The notes under the pieces are model-generated. The model made no database searches. It worked only from the letters and a program-made list of their open reading frames with translations, and was not told the DNA's origin. Of a stretch of DNA of 64,000 bases, positions 42,872 to 53,335 are shown in pieces; position 1 is the stretch's first letter, and every line of letters begins with the position of its first letter. Source of the DNA: Microcoleus sp. (lineage in GTDB: Bacteria; Cyanobacteriota; Cyanobacteriia; Cyanobacteriales; Microcoleaceae); NCBI GenBank assembly GCA_042408215.1, contig JAYFMW010000006.1, positions 864,001 through 928,000 on the forward strand. The letters run 5' to 3'. The translations under genes were made by a program, and so were the position numbers.

Positions 42872-44149
42872 TCAAAGTTCTAAGGGAGCAACAGCGTTTA
42901 ATAAATCTTCTAGTATAAACCTGAGCAAAGATTGAGTTGCTAATACTAAACCTAATCGGGCTTGAGCGAGTTTTGGTGTTTCTATTTTCACTTCGCCCCA
43001 AATCCGGCACTGGCTGTAAAATGTCTGAAAAGCTGTGCTCAAATTATTAGCTAATTTGAAATAATTGACGGGTTTTTCGTCGTTGTAATGTTCAATAATA
43101 GGAGCTAAACTGTCTAGAACTGCTAACAGTTGTGAGATTAAATTGCTTTCTGCTGGATGTACTAATCGTAGTCGCCCATCTGCGTCGAGCCAGGGGATGG
43201 GGTTTGGATCTGAAAGCGACCAAATTTGGGGTGTTGGAGCCCGATCGAATTCGACGATCGCAATTATCCGATCGCGGTGGGCCATTCGCAGCAGAGAACA
43301 GCAGCGGGCGTGGCTGTATTGAATGGGAAACAGTCGATCGACCGGCACAACAGGAGATAATATTTGAGACTCTGGAAGTGGTAGCGCAGTTTGAGCTAAA
43401 CGCTGCAACCAGACGGCTAAAGCTACATCAGTCAACTCAAACTCAATGATCCCCGACGGCGCGACTGCAATGGTGAAATCTCCGTTGCACAGCGGTTCCA
43501 GGGTTTCGGCTAACTGTGTGGCGATGGCCTGGGGTGTCTGCTGCCACACTCTTTGATACTCTTGGATATCATACTCTGCCAATTTGAGGGCGATCGCAGA
43601 TACATACAGCACTCGCGTGCTATTTTTAGCCCGATTTAACGGAATTTCATGGCGACAGGTGTCTTTAGTCAGTTTTAACCCAGATGTTGCACCAATGTTA
43701 GTAACAGGCAAGATGCCTGTTCCACAAGAAATCAAGTTTTTTGTGGGGTGGGCTTCTAGCCCGCCACTGCCAGGCTGATAGACAATGCCGATCGCCTCGG
43801 AGTCAGTAACAGGCAAGATGCCTGTTCCACAAGAAATCAAGTTTTTTGTGGGGTGGGCTTCTAGCCCGCCACTGCCAGGCTGATAGACAATGCCGATCGC
43901 CTCGGAGTCAGTAACAGGCAAGATGCCTGTTCCACAAGAAATCAAGTTTTTTGTGGGGTGGGCTTCTAGCCCGCCACGCAAGATGCCTGTTCCAGAAGAA
44001 ATCAAGTTTTTTGTGGGGTGGGCTTCTAGCCCGCCACTGCCAGGCTGATAGACAATGCCGATCGCCTCTTCGATCGCATACCGCAGCCTCCTGTTCAACC
44101 AACTTTTGAGTGTGAGTTCCCGAAACTTCCAGTTATTGACTGTATTCAT
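42872..44149 (-). CDS. DALR anticodon-binding-domain protein (ArgRS-like, no catalytic core) with translated repeat insertion
   Basis: YVSAIALKL, FPIQYSHARCCSLLR, FQTFYSQCRIWGEV, LAQARLGLV, APLEL; start may be 44149 or 44215. Confidence 0.8.
   Translation of the reverse strand: MNTVNNWKFRELTLKSWLNRRLRYAIEEAIGIVYQPGSGGLEAHPTKNLISSGTGILRGGLEAHPTKNLISCGTGILPVTDSEAIGIVYQPGSGGLEAHPTKNLISCGTGILPVTDSEAIGIVYQPGSGGLEAHPTKNLISCGTGILPVTNIGATSGLKLTKDTCRHEIPLNRAKNSTRVLYVSAIALKLAEYDIQEYQRVWQQTPQAIATQLAETLEPLCNGDFTIAVAPSGIIEFELTDVALAVWLQRLAQTALPLPESQILSPVVPVDRLFPIQYSHARCCSLLRMAHRDRIIAIVEFDRAPTPQIWSLSDPNPIPWLDADGRLRLVHPAESNLISQLLAVLDSLAPIIEHYNDEKPVNYFKLANNLSTAFQTFYSQCRIWGEVKIETPKLAQARLGLVLATQSLLRFILEDLLNAVAPLEL
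43700..44068. repeat. 105-bp tandem repeats built from ACAGGCAAGATGCCTGT and GTGGGGTGGGCTTCTAGCCCGCC palindromes, read in frame
   Basis: gtaacaggcaag at 43701, 43806, 43911, plus a 60-bp sub-duplication near 43978. Confidence 0.9.
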
Positions 44150-44522
44150 AACTCTGATACTGTTACCGCTTGCACTGTCTTTGTACGTCAAACTGCTGAT
44201 CCTCTTTGATCTCATATTTTGATATCATCTCTGGCGTTCGGCATCAACAACCAGGGCTGTATCGAAATCATCGGCTATCTGGTCGCTGAGCTTAGTCGAA
44301 GCGTTTGCCAAATTGGCAAGAATTTTTGCTGGATTCAACTATTTAGATGTATTTTTTGCTACATTAAATTTTTAGGTAAAACTGACAAGAACAAGCAAAG
44401 CTGGTGCAAGCTCGATCGGGGGTTGGTAATTCTCACTTTGTATCGAGATGTTGGCGGTCGCTGCTCTTGGCTCTTTGATATCATCTATCTCTCACTGATT
44501 AAATATATCCCCAAGCCTCACC

Positions 44523-45287
44523 ATGCAATCAACTTCAACACCTTCAGAGACCATCGATCGACCGTTTATCACCTGGCAGCGAATTATAGACTGGGCCCAG
44601 GAACACTACCGCTGCCGGACTTTTAGCAAAGACGAGCGGATTCCAGCCAGACCGGGACTGCTGTATTTAGTGCAGAAGGGTTCCGTGCGGCTGGTGGGCA
44701 GTGCTCAAGTCAGCGCCACTGCCAAACCAGGGTCGAAATCCACTCTCACAACTACAGAAGAAGCTTTTTTGGGCTTCGTTGGGGCCGGCCAGCCCTTTGA
44801 ACTGGTGGCCCAGTCGCCGTTTACCCTCCAAGCTTACGCCCACGCTGACCAAACTCACGTAGTGTGGATGTACTGGCACGATTTGGATAATTGGCCTCAC
44901 TTCCGCAGAGAAATTTTGGATGCGTTTCGCTACCAGCATCAGCGGAAACTCCTCTGGCTAAGCACTTTGGGACAGCGCCGGACGATCGACCGCTTGCTGG
45001 GATTTCTCACTTTGTTGATTGAAGAGTTCGGGGAACCCTATGTAAGTGAGGCCCAACCGAATGTGGTTCGCGGCTATCGGTTACCTTGGACTCTGACTCA
45101 CTCTCAAATTGGCAGTGCGATCGGCTCGACGCGGGTGACGGTGACGCGGCTGATGGGTAAGTTGCGCTCGAAAGGCTTGATTAATACTGAGGACGATAAT
45201 TTAATCTGTTTGCCGGCTAACTCCGATCGACCTTCGCCAGCCAGCAAACAGCAGAAGGCAAAAGAAGCGATCGAAGAATCTGCATAA
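44523..45287 (+). CDS. Crp/Fnr-family transcriptional regulator
   Basis: cNMP-like N-terminal domain; HTH LTHSQIGSAIGSTRVTVTRLMGKLR. Confidence 0.9.
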   Translation: MQSTSTPSETIDRPFITWQRIIDWAQEHYRCRTFSKDERIPARPGLLYLVQKGSVRLVGSAQVSATAKPGSKSTLTTTEEAFLGFVGAGQPFELVAQSPFTLQAYAHADQTHVVWMYWHDLDNWPHFRREILDAFRYQHQRKLLWLSTLGQRRTIDRLLGFLTLLIEEFGEPYVSEAQPNVVRGYRLPWTLTHSQIGSAIGSTRVTVTRLMGKLRSKGLINTEDDNLICLPANSDRPSPASKQQKAKEAIEESA

Positions 45288-45464
45288 AAGCCAGCGGGCG
45301 ATCGCCAATCAACAGCCGTCTTTTGTTAGTTTTTTGTCGATCGCAGCGTCTGTCCCTCGACACTGTACCATGAGTTATGTAAACTTTTGCCGTGTTTTCA
45401 GGGTGCGATCGACAATGACGATCGTCAAGGTGCATCCAGACGTTTTAACTTGCTGAGCTCCTTG

Positions 45465-45580
45465 TGACTAATGACTGCTGACTACTGACTAATGACTACT
45501 GACTGCTGACTAATAACTAATGACTAATGACTGCTGACTAATGACTAATGACTACTGACTAATGACTACTGACTAATGAC
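45465..45580. repeat. STRR heptamer array (TGACTAA/TGACTAC/TGACTGC)n
   Basis: Direct reading. Confidence 0.9.
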
Positions 45581-45589
45581 TTCTTCTAT

Positions 45590-46258
45590 ATGACCAAGGC
45601 TCAGCAAAAATCGACCATCCCCAACAATCCGAAACGGGTAGTATTCTGCGACTTTGACGGGACGATCACCGTTGAGGAAACTTTTGTGGGAATGCTCAAG
45701 CATTTCGCGCCGGAATTATCATCGCAACTGATGCCTGAAATGTATGCTAGAAGGCTGAGTTTGCGATCGGGAGTGCGGCAGTTACTGGAGTCGATTCCCT
45801 CGGAATGTTATGGGGAAATTGTCGAATTTTCCAGGGGGAAACTGATGCGATCGGGATTGGTGGAATTGCTGGATTTTTTGGATGCTAAAGGGGTGGATTT
45901 TGTGATAGTTTCCGGCGGTCTGCGGGTCATGGTAGAAACAGTAATGGGCGATTTGGTCGATCGGGCCAGCGCTATTTATGCTGTGGAACTGGACGCGACG
46001 GGCCCTCGCTTGCAAGTAAATGCAGAGTTTGAAGGGGATACGGAATTGGTGTCTAAGGTACGAGTGATGGGGCTGTACGAGGCCGAGTCACAGGTGGCGA
46101 TCGGAGATTCGCTGACCGATTTTAACATGGCATTGCAGGCTTCGCAGGTGTTTGCGCGCGATCGGCTAGCCGAATATCTAGACGAACAGCAAAAACCTTA
46201 TATTAAATGGGATAATTTTTTTGACGTGCTGGAAAACTTGTCCCAAACATGGAACTAA
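45590..46258 (+). CDS. mtnX: HAD-IB phosphatase, MtnX-like (methionine salvage)
   Basis: FCDFDGTIT, IVSGG, IGDSLTD, VFARDRL; directly upstream of mtnB. Confidence 0.8.
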   Translation: MTKAQQKSTIPNNPKRVVFCDFDGTITVEETFVGMLKHFAPELSSQLMPEMYARRLSLRSGVRQLLESIPSECYGEIVEFSRGKLMRSGLVELLDFLDAKGVDFVIVSGGLRVMVETVMGDLVDRASAIYAVELDATGPRLQVNAEFEGDTELVSKVRVMGLYEAESQVAIGDSLTDFNMALQASQVFARDRLAEYLDEQQKPYIKWDNFFDVLENLSQTWN

Positions 46259-46434
46259 AACTCAATGTAAAATGTACAGTCCAGGACGCAACTGGCATAC
46301 TGAAATCAAATTGTAGGGTGCGTCAGGCGAATTTCTAGGGCGATTATTGAGGATTTAGGGATCTGACGCACCTTACTAAGTGTAACATTTGGCTTTAGTC
46401 CTAATATAGATAAAAAGCAGAGAATTGAAGAACA

Positions 46435-47061
46435 ATGAGTGTTGATTTGAGAGCAGATTTAATTGCCGCAGCTAAACATTTTTACGATCGAGGTTGGATG
46501 GTGGGCACAGCCGGCAATCTTTCGGCCCGCCTAGACGATGGCACTTTTTGGATTACTGCTAGCGGCCGCCAAAAAGGGCAGTTAACCGATCGAGATTTTA
46601 TCAGAATGAACTTAGACGGCGCTATTGTCGAACAGCCTGTTTCCGAGAGTCGCCCTTCAGCAGAAACCAGCATTCATTTAGCTGTTTACAATAGTTTTCC
46701 AGAGGCGCAAGCTTGCTATCACGTACACTCTATCGAAGCAAATTTAGTCTCTCGCTTAACACCAGGAGATGCAGTACCTTTACCCGGTATTGAAATGCTA
46801 AAAGGTTTGGGGGTGTGGGAAGAAAACCCCCAGGTGTCGATGCCCATATTTGCAAATTATTTGTCAGTGCCGAAAATAGCTGATGAGATTTCCCAGGCCT
46901 TGGCCGTTTCGCGGCCAGCAGTACCCGCTTTGCTAATTCGCGATCACGGCGTTACAGTCTGGGCCAACTCCCCCGAAGCCGCCTACAATTACATAGAAAT
47001 TGTCGAATACATTTTTCGCTACATGGTGACAGCTAGCCAAGTGATTCTATTTGAGATTTGA
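46435..47061 (+). CDS. mtnB: Methylthioribulose-1-phosphate dehydratase
   Basis: GWMVGTAGNLSAR, ITASG, RPSAETSIH, HVHS, EMLKGL, LLIRDHG. Confidence 0.92.
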   Translation: MSVDLRADLIAAAKHFYDRGWMVGTAGNLSARLDDGTFWITASGRQKGQLTDRDFIRMNLDGAIVEQPVSESRPSAETSIHLAVYNSFPEAQACYHVHSIEANLVSRLTPGDAVPLPGIEMLKGLGVWEENPQVSMPIFANYLSVPKIADEISQALAVSRPAVPALLIRDHGVTVWANSPEAAYNYIEIVEYIFRYMVTASQVILFEI

Positions 47062-47091
47062 GATTTTAGACTTTAGGAAGAGGCAACAGTT

Positions 47092-48126
47092 ATGGCTAAA
47101 TATACCAGAATTCTCTCCATAGATGGAGGCGGTATTAGAGGAATTATCCCCGCGCAAGTTGCAGTTAGCATTGAAGAAAAGCTGCAACAGAAAAGTGGCA
47201 ACCCCGATGCAAGAATAGCTGACTATTTTGATTTAATCGCCGGCACAAGTGCTGGAGGGATTTTAACTTGCATTTATTTATATCCCGATGCGGAAAATCC
47301 CCACAGACCCCGGTGGTGTGCCAAAGACGCTGTTAAATTTGCGATCGATAGTGGCCGCGATGTTTTTAATAGTTCCTTTTGGCAAAAAGTCAAGTCCCTA
47401 GACGGTTTGATCGATGAAAAATATCCGAGCGATCGCTTAGATTTATTTTTGGGGGAAACTTTTAGAGATTGCAAACTCAGCGAACTGCTGAAACCTTGTT
47501 TGATTTCCAGTTACGATATCGAAAGGAGAAAAGCTCACTTTTTCAATCAAATAGATGCTAAAACAAATCCAGAAGAAGAATATTTTATCAGAGATGTAGC
47601 CAGAGCCACATCGGCAGCTCCCTCCTACTTTGAAGTTCCCAAAATCCGCTCTTTGACGAAGGAATCCTATGCTTTAATTGATGGGGTAGTATTCGCCAAC
47701 AATCCCGCACTTTGTGCTTATGCAGAAGTGAGAAGTAAATTCAGGATTCCCGACGAACGCCCCGACAAAGGCCCGACTGCAAAAGACATGGTAATCTTAT
47801 CGCTGGGGACGGGTTCAGCTCAACAAAAATATCCCTACGAAGAAGTGAAAAACTGGGGTCAATTAGAGTGGGTTCAGCCTTTGATGAATATCCTGATGAC
47901 CGGAGTTTCAGAAACGGTCAATTATCAACTAATGCAAATTTTTGATGCGATTGAAAAGCCCAATCAATATTTGAGAATTCATCCAAATTTGACCAATGAA
48001 AAACCCCTACCAATCGATGAAGCTTCCGAAGAAAATATATCGGAACTGGTGAGAATTGGCCTGGAGCAAGCAGACAAGTATAATCAGGAGTTGGATCGGT
48101 TTATTGACTTGTTGCTGGCCGAATAA
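47092..48126 (+). CDS. Patatin-like phospholipase
   Basis: ILSIDGGGIRG, AGTSAGG, RATSAAPSYF, IDGVVFANNP, ILSLGTG. Confidence 0.9.
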   Translation: MAKYTRILSIDGGGIRGIIPAQVAVSIEEKLQQKSGNPDARIADYFDLIAGTSAGGILTCIYLYPDAENPHRPRWCAKDAVKFAIDSGRDVFNSSFWQKVKSLDGLIDEKYPSDRLDLFLGETFRDCKLSELLKPCLISSYDIERRKAHFFNQIDAKTNPEEEYFIRDVARATSAAPSYFEVPKIRSLTKESYALIDGVVFANNPALCAYAEVRSKFRIPDERPDKGPTAKDMVILSLGTGSAQQKYPYEEVKNWGQLEWVQPLMNILMTGVSETVNYQLMQIFDAIEKPNQYLRIHPNLTNEKPLPIDEASEENISELVRIGLEQADKYNQELDRFIDLLLAE

Positions 48127-48142
48127 TTAGTTAGGAATACCC

Positions 48143-48175
48143 AGATCCCCGACTTCTTTAAGAAGTCGGGGATCT
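48143..48175. terminator. 15-bp perfect hairpin downstream of patatin gene (terminator-like or repeat)
   Basis: agatccccgacttct-tta-agaagtcggggatct; no clear U-tract. Confidence 0.45.
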
Positions 48176-48220
48176 AACATTAGTTAGTATGCAGCAATCT
48201 CAAATATCAAATCTAAATCG

Positions 48221-49033
48221 TTGGTTAAAAAATACCAAGAAAAGGGCGATCGGCATTTAGATGAAACCTTTAACAACAGGTGGTTTCAGCGGTTTTCTGT
48301 CACCCTGTTTCTGGGAGGCCAAGTGCTATTGCGAATCCTGAGTGGCAAAATTGACCGCCGCAAAATCATGGAGCATTTAGTAACAGTAGGGTTAGATTCT
48401 TTGCGCGCTGTACTACTAATAGCCTTCTTTGCGGGCATGATTTTTACTATTCAATCCGCCAGAGAATTGATTCGGTTTGGGGCGGTAGGTGCGGTGGGAG
48501 GTGCTTTTGCTTTGGCATTTTGCCGGGAATTAGCACCTGTTTTAACAGCGGGCGTAGTGGCGGGACAAGTGGGTTCGGCTTTTGCAGCGGAAATAGGCGA
48601 AATGCAGGTGACGGAACAAATAGACGCCCTGTATATGTTGAGAACAAATCCGGTTGATTATTTAGTAGTGCCGCGGGTGATAGCTTGCTGTGTAATGCTG
48701 CCGATTTTAACGATTTTTTCGGTGGCGGTGGGGATTGTTGGTGGGCTGTTTGTAGCGGCTATTTTTTATGGTTTGGAACCGTCGGTATTTTTGGAATCGG
48801 TGCGGACTTTTTTGGGGCCTTGGGATTTAGTAACTGTGGTGATTAAGAGTTTTATTTTTGGGTTGATAATTGCGATTGTTGGTTGCGGTTGGGGATTGAC
48901 TACGACGGGGGGAGGAAAGGGAGTAGGACAAGCTGCGACGGCGGCGGTGGTGACTTCTTGGGTGTTCATTTTTGTGGCGGATTTCTTTTTGTCGCTGTTA
49001 ATGTTTCATGAGTTGGCGATTACTAGAAGTTGA
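48221..49033 (+). CDS. mlaE: MlaE/TGD1-family lipid ABC transporter permease
   Basis: RELAPVLTA, GSAFAAEIGEMQVTEQIDAL, YLVVPRV, GVGQAATAAVV. Confidence 0.88.
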   Translation: MVKKYQEKGDRHLDETFNNRWFQRFSVTLFLGGQVLLRILSGKIDRRKIMEHLVTVGLDSLRAVLLIAFFAGMIFTIQSARELIRFGAVGAVGGAFALAFCRELAPVLTAGVVAGQVGSAFAAEIGEMQVTEQIDALYMLRTNPVDYLVVPRVIACCVMLPILTIFSVAVGIVGGLFVAAIFYGLEPSVFLESVRTFLGPWDLVTVVIKSFIFGLIIAIVGCGWGLTTTGGGKGVGQAATAAVVTSWVFIFVADFFLSLLMFHELAITRS

Positions 49034-49052
49034 TGACATTGGCGATTGAAAT

Positions 49053-49528
49053 CAACAGGATTTTTTTAACCGCAGATGAACGCAAATAAACGCAGATAAA
49101 ATCCCATCGGCGTTCATCCGTGTTCATCGGCTGATATCTGCGGTTACCAACTCTCAACTAATTTGATTTAATCACAACAGGATTTTTTTTAACCGCAGAT
49201 GAACGCAAATAAACGCAGATAAAATCCCATCGGCGTTCATCCGTGTTCATCGGCTGATATCTGCGGTTACCAACTCTCAACTAATTTGATTTAATCACAA
49301 CAGGATTTTTTTTAACCGCAGATGAACGCAAATAAACGCAGATAAAATTGCATCGGCGTTCATCCGTGTTCATCGGCTGATATCTGCGGTTACCAACTCT
49401 CAACTAATTTGATTTAATCACAACAGGATTTTTTTCAACCGCAGATGAACGCAAATAAACGCAGATAAAATTGCATCGGCGTTCATCCGTGTTCATCCGC
49501 TAATATCTGCGGTTACAAACTCTCAACT
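49053..49528. repeat. About 123-bp tandem array (4 copies) of the AACCGCAGAT...ATCTGCGGTT inverted-repeat element
   Basis: caacagga at 49053, 49175, 49298, 49421; last copy overlaps the stop codon of the convergent ORF. Confidence 0.92.
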
Positions 49529-50998
49529 TGAGATTTTAGATTGGAGAAAGGAGGGCGATACACTCGAATTGCCTGAATTGGCACTTTCCCGTTAGCTTCA
49601 GGAAGGATTTCAAGAATATGTTTGGAGTTGCTTAAATTCTGAGCCAATGTGGTATAATACTCGCGGGTTGAATCTGCTATTTGTGGCGGCATATATGAGT
49701 CCACAAACATCGGTTTTACCTGCCATTTAATCTCAAATCCTTTCGGTGTTGGCTGTTTAGAATATTCATAGGAATTTTGCAGCCACCAGTTGCTCGGTTC
49801 AATGACAACGCGGCCAGAATTTGATACAAATAATTGGTCGTTTGTTCCGCTACCATCGTCACCTGTTTGTGAACCTAAAATGTCAAATTTAAACTTGCTC
49901 CCGTCGCTGTTAATTTCTGTAATTACTGCTTTCCAATCTTCGACGATTAGCGGTTTCTGACTGGATACTTGGATAATTGCCGGCCAATCGACGCCCATAG
50001 CATTACTGGGGCGGGTAATGGCATAAAGTTCAGGAAATTCTGAGGGTTTTTTGCCGTCTATGGTAATGCTAGCAGCCGTTGCTTTGTCCTGGAAGGTTTT
50101 ATCTGCGATCGCATCTATTCTATTTCCTTCAAATTCTAACCGCAATTTGCCATCTTTCCACTTGACATCGCTACCAACTGTATAAGTTTTCACTAAATCT
50201 CGATCGGGTTTTTTAGGGAAATTTGGATTGTATCGCAGGTGTGGTTTGATGAGGGCTGCTAGCAGAAAGTTTCCCCAATCGTTGAGGTGAATGTCGTCGC
50301 TCAATAGCTGTTTTGGCTGCAAGCGATTTTCTTGCAAATACCGTCTCCAAGGTTCCCGAATTTCTGCGAGTTCGCATCCGTATTTATCGGCAAGTTGAGG
50401 CAACCATTGAGTAGAATGAGTGTTGTGCCATTCGTATGCTTTGAGGGCATCAGGATCGTCGCTGCTGTTGCCTTTAGGCTGCCAGGTAATGTGGTCTGAA
50501 TGCAAGCAGTATTTCGCTAGCAGTGCGGCGGCGGATATTGGCAATTATTGCTTCGTAATCTTCATCTCCTCCGTAGACGTGGAAAATTAGCAAGTCGGGA
50601 TAAAAAGGATATAAATCGTGTTCGCTGGGACGGATTAATAGTGGGGCGGCAAATCCTCCGATCGCCCGATTCTCAATGGTCAAATCTGCATATGGAAAGC
50701 GCTTTATGATATCGTTCGCTACATCTTGCGACCATTGTTGTTTAGTGATAGATTGACCGTAAAATAGGATTCGCACTGGTTTGCGATCCGTGGGAGTGCT
50801 GGTAGCAAGCAACCCCATTGTCCTTTGAATTTGACCTCCAAAATTAGCATTGTTCTGAAGGGGAGCAGGTAAGGGAAATGGCGTATCAGCAGCTATTTGT
50901 TTGAGGGCTGGAATTAACAGGAAACTCAAACACAAACCAAGCACCCACAAGTAGGTATACTTGTTTGATTTTTGGCTATTTTTTGGGTGTTTTGCCAT
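49513..50998 (-). pseudogene. SGNH/GDSL-hydrolase-like secreted protein split by a +1 frameshift near 50506 (or sequencing error)
   Basis: ILFYGQSIT, ENRAIGG and DDIHLN motifs fall in two overlapping frames; deleting one base gives ASEILLHSDHITW. Confidence 0.75.
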
Positions 50999-51207
50999 TG
51001 TTTTTATCCTGGTCAAAATTTCAGATCTTACTGCTTGCTTCCACAAAGGTCGATCGAACTTCTATCTGAATAGTCCTGGATGCATAAACTCTATCCTCCG
51101 GGTGCTTATGGGCGCACCTTACCGCTGTTAAATCTTAAATCTCAAATCTCAAATTGATTGATCGTGACAAACAATGATATAATGATTGCAGCTCGATCGC
51201 ACATTAA

Positions 51208-51552
51208 ATGGATTACAAAACAGCCCGTAGTTTTCTGATCGATCAGGGAACCGCCCTCGAAACCAAGAAAAACCCAGACGCCTTCCTGATGCGTCTCAAA
51301 CAAGGTCAACCTCCCGTACCCGGACAGGTGACATCGATTTTATTAGCTTTAAAAATATTGTTTGAAAGCTTGCAAGAATCTCCAATGCTCGATCGGCAAT
51401 TAATCTCGGCACTGCATTTACTGTCGGTAGAAAGTTTGCAGGAATTTGAAGCCGGATTTCGCAAAGGAGTTTCTTGGCCGCCGCTGCTGAAAGAAGACTT
51501 AAATCGCATTGCGATCGCAGTTAAGAATATCTTTTCCGGTGTCTGGAAATAA
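51208..51552 (+). CDS. Conserved cyanobacterial hypothetical protein
   Basis: MDYKTARSFLIDQG...RLKQGQPPVPGQVTSILLALK...WPPLL. Confidence 0.75.
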   Translation: MDYKTARSFLIDQGTALETKKNPDAFLMRLKQGQPPVPGQVTSILLALKILFESLQESPMLDRQLISALHLLSVESLQEFEAGFRKGVSWPPLLKEDLNRIAIAVKNIFSGVWK

Positions 51553-51769
51553 TTAGCTTAGTGCGAGGGCGAGGCGGTTTAAACCGCTAATATACAAACC
51601 AAGTCCCAGCAGAGGGGGACTAAGAAATCAGGGAGATATTTAAGCCGGATTTAGTATGAGGAGCAATCAGCGAGATTTTTTTTCGATTCACCCCGCTTCG
51701 GGAGAGACTTGTCTCCTTTATTTACTCGGTATACTCGCGATATTTAACAAGAAAAATTGTCAAACTCTA

Positions 51770-51967
51770 CTACTCGCGAAAGCTTTCCAGCGACGCCAAA
51801 ATATCTGGTAATTCCCCCAACGTCGCCGCTACCAAAGCTTCATCTTTATAAACTCGCGATCGAACCCGGTGGCTCGGATTTGCCGCCGAGGTTTTAGAAC
51901 CTCGGAATCCCCGATTTCCGGTTTTGACTAGATCTAAATTTCTGGCTTCTGGTGTCAAGCAAAACAT
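51770..51967 (-). CDS. Small hypothetical protein
   Basis: 65 aa; GAGGA ribosome-binding site upstream of the ATG on the minus strand; no recognised domain. Confidence 0.45.
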   Translation of the reverse strand: MFCLTPEARNLDLVKTGNRGFRGSKTSAANPSHRVRSRVYKDEALVAATLGELPDILASLESFRE

Positions 51968-52120
51968 AGTAGTATCCTCAATTAATCCTAGGGTTGCCCG
52001 GAAAATTTCTCAGCGATTGCTCGATATCTCTATTATTGCCCATAATGGTAATAGAGATGAAACCATGAAATAATTATTCACGATCGACTGGGATCAATTT
52101 AAACTACATAACAACTCTTA

Positions 52121-53335
52121 TTAATTTGTTACAGGGAGCGTCCGTTTAATCCGATCGCCCGCGACGACACAGACACCAGCCACCAAAAAGGCGATCGCCC
52201 CCACAATCGCCGTTGTCACAGCAGGAATCGCCTTGGGTGCCACAAACACCAAAGAGTACAAACTCATCCCCAGGGAAAAACCACCAAAATACAACCCTAC
52301 GCCGAATCCTCCTCGGCGCGGAGGTACCAGAGACAAAACAAAAGGAACCGCACCAGTAGTAATCAAACTATTAGTAAAAATCACAGCCAAAACAGTCACC
52401 GCCACCATCACCAAGCCCTGACTAAAAACCATCACCAACAGCAAAACCGCCGTTGCTACCAATCCACCCAACAGCGTCCGCTGGTTTCCCAAACGCACCG
52501 CAATTACCCCAGCAAGCAAAGAAGCAACAGCTAAAGCCAAGGTAAATCCGGCCATTAACAACTTAACATTAACATCCGCGATTTGAGTTTGGAAAACATG
52601 GGGTAAAATCCGTTCTCCCATCGCCCGACTTCCCCAAGCAACAGCCATTCCCGTCACCGCAATTAACCCCAGCGGCATGATAGAAACTCCCTCAGAAATT
52701 GCAGTAGCCGGCGGCAATTCCGACACCGCAGCATCAGGATTAACCGATCGCAAAAAAGCCACCGCACCCAACAATACAAACGAACCAATAGCGAAGGCAA
52801 AAGCTGGGCCCAAACTCAGAATAAAATCGCCCGCAACAGGCCTTGCCGCCCCAACCAATCCCCCCACAAGCACTAATAAACTCATGGCTTGGGGCAACTG
52901 CGTTTGACTCGCATATTGGCCCAACAGCGACACTGCGGGCGATCGAAACATCGCCATTGCGATCGCCCAAGCCACTATTACCACAGGCAAAATCCAGTAC
53001 AGAGGCGAGACTGGATTGCCGAAAATAAAAATAGCAGGAATTGTAATAAATAGCACCGACGACAAGATAACACCCACAACAATCAGCGGAAAACGAGTTC
53101 CCATCCAGTGACGCTGCTTGTCAGAAAGCCAGCCCGCCGCAGGTTCGATCGCAATTGCCAAAATATCCTCCAGAATTGTGATTCCCCTGTCGAATCCGGG
53201 CAAACCAAATCCCTCTAAAAGTTTCGGCAAATATAGTCGGTAAAGCATCCAACTCAGAGTAATTGCTCCCTGCAAAGCCGCCACGCCCCCCACTTGTCGC
53301 CACAGAATTAAAGACTGAGGTTGAGAATTTTTCAT
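52121..53335 (-). CDS. MFS transporter
   Basis: About 12 hydrophobic segments; GWLSDKQRHWMGTRFP loop motif. Confidence 0.85.
   Translation of the reverse strand: MKNSQPQSLILWRQVGGVAALQGAITLSWMLYRLYLPKLLEGFGLPGFDRGITILEDILAIAIEPAAGWLSDKQRHWMGTRFPLIVVGVILSSVLFITIPAIFIFGNPVSPLYWILPVVIVAWAIAMAMFRSPAVSLLGQYASQTQLPQAMSLLVLVGGLVGAARPVAGDFILSLGPAFAFAIGSFVLLGAVAFLRSVNPDAAVSELPPATAISEGVSIMPLGLIAVTGMAVAWGSRAMGERILPHVFQTQIADVNVKLLMAGFTLALAVASLLAGVIAVRLGNQRTLLGGLVATAVLLLVMVFSQGLVMVAVTVLAVIFTNSLITTGAVPFVLSLVPPRRGGFGVGLYFGGFSLGMSLYSLVFVAPKAIPAVTTAIVGAIAFLVAGVCVVAGDRIKRTLPVTN

Noticed and set aside
44219..44626. 135-aa ORF overlapping the Crp gene start, and the many antisense ORFs inside long genes
   Set aside because: No recognisable motifs; they overlap well-supported genes or their promoter regions.
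47092..48126. CBASS CapV effector / anti-phage operon
   Set aside because: No CD-NTase or Cap2/Cap3 gene nearby; the neighbours are mtnB and mlaE.
49053..49528. CRISPR-like array
   Set aside because: The whole unit is repeated with no variable spacers; it is a tandem palindromic element.
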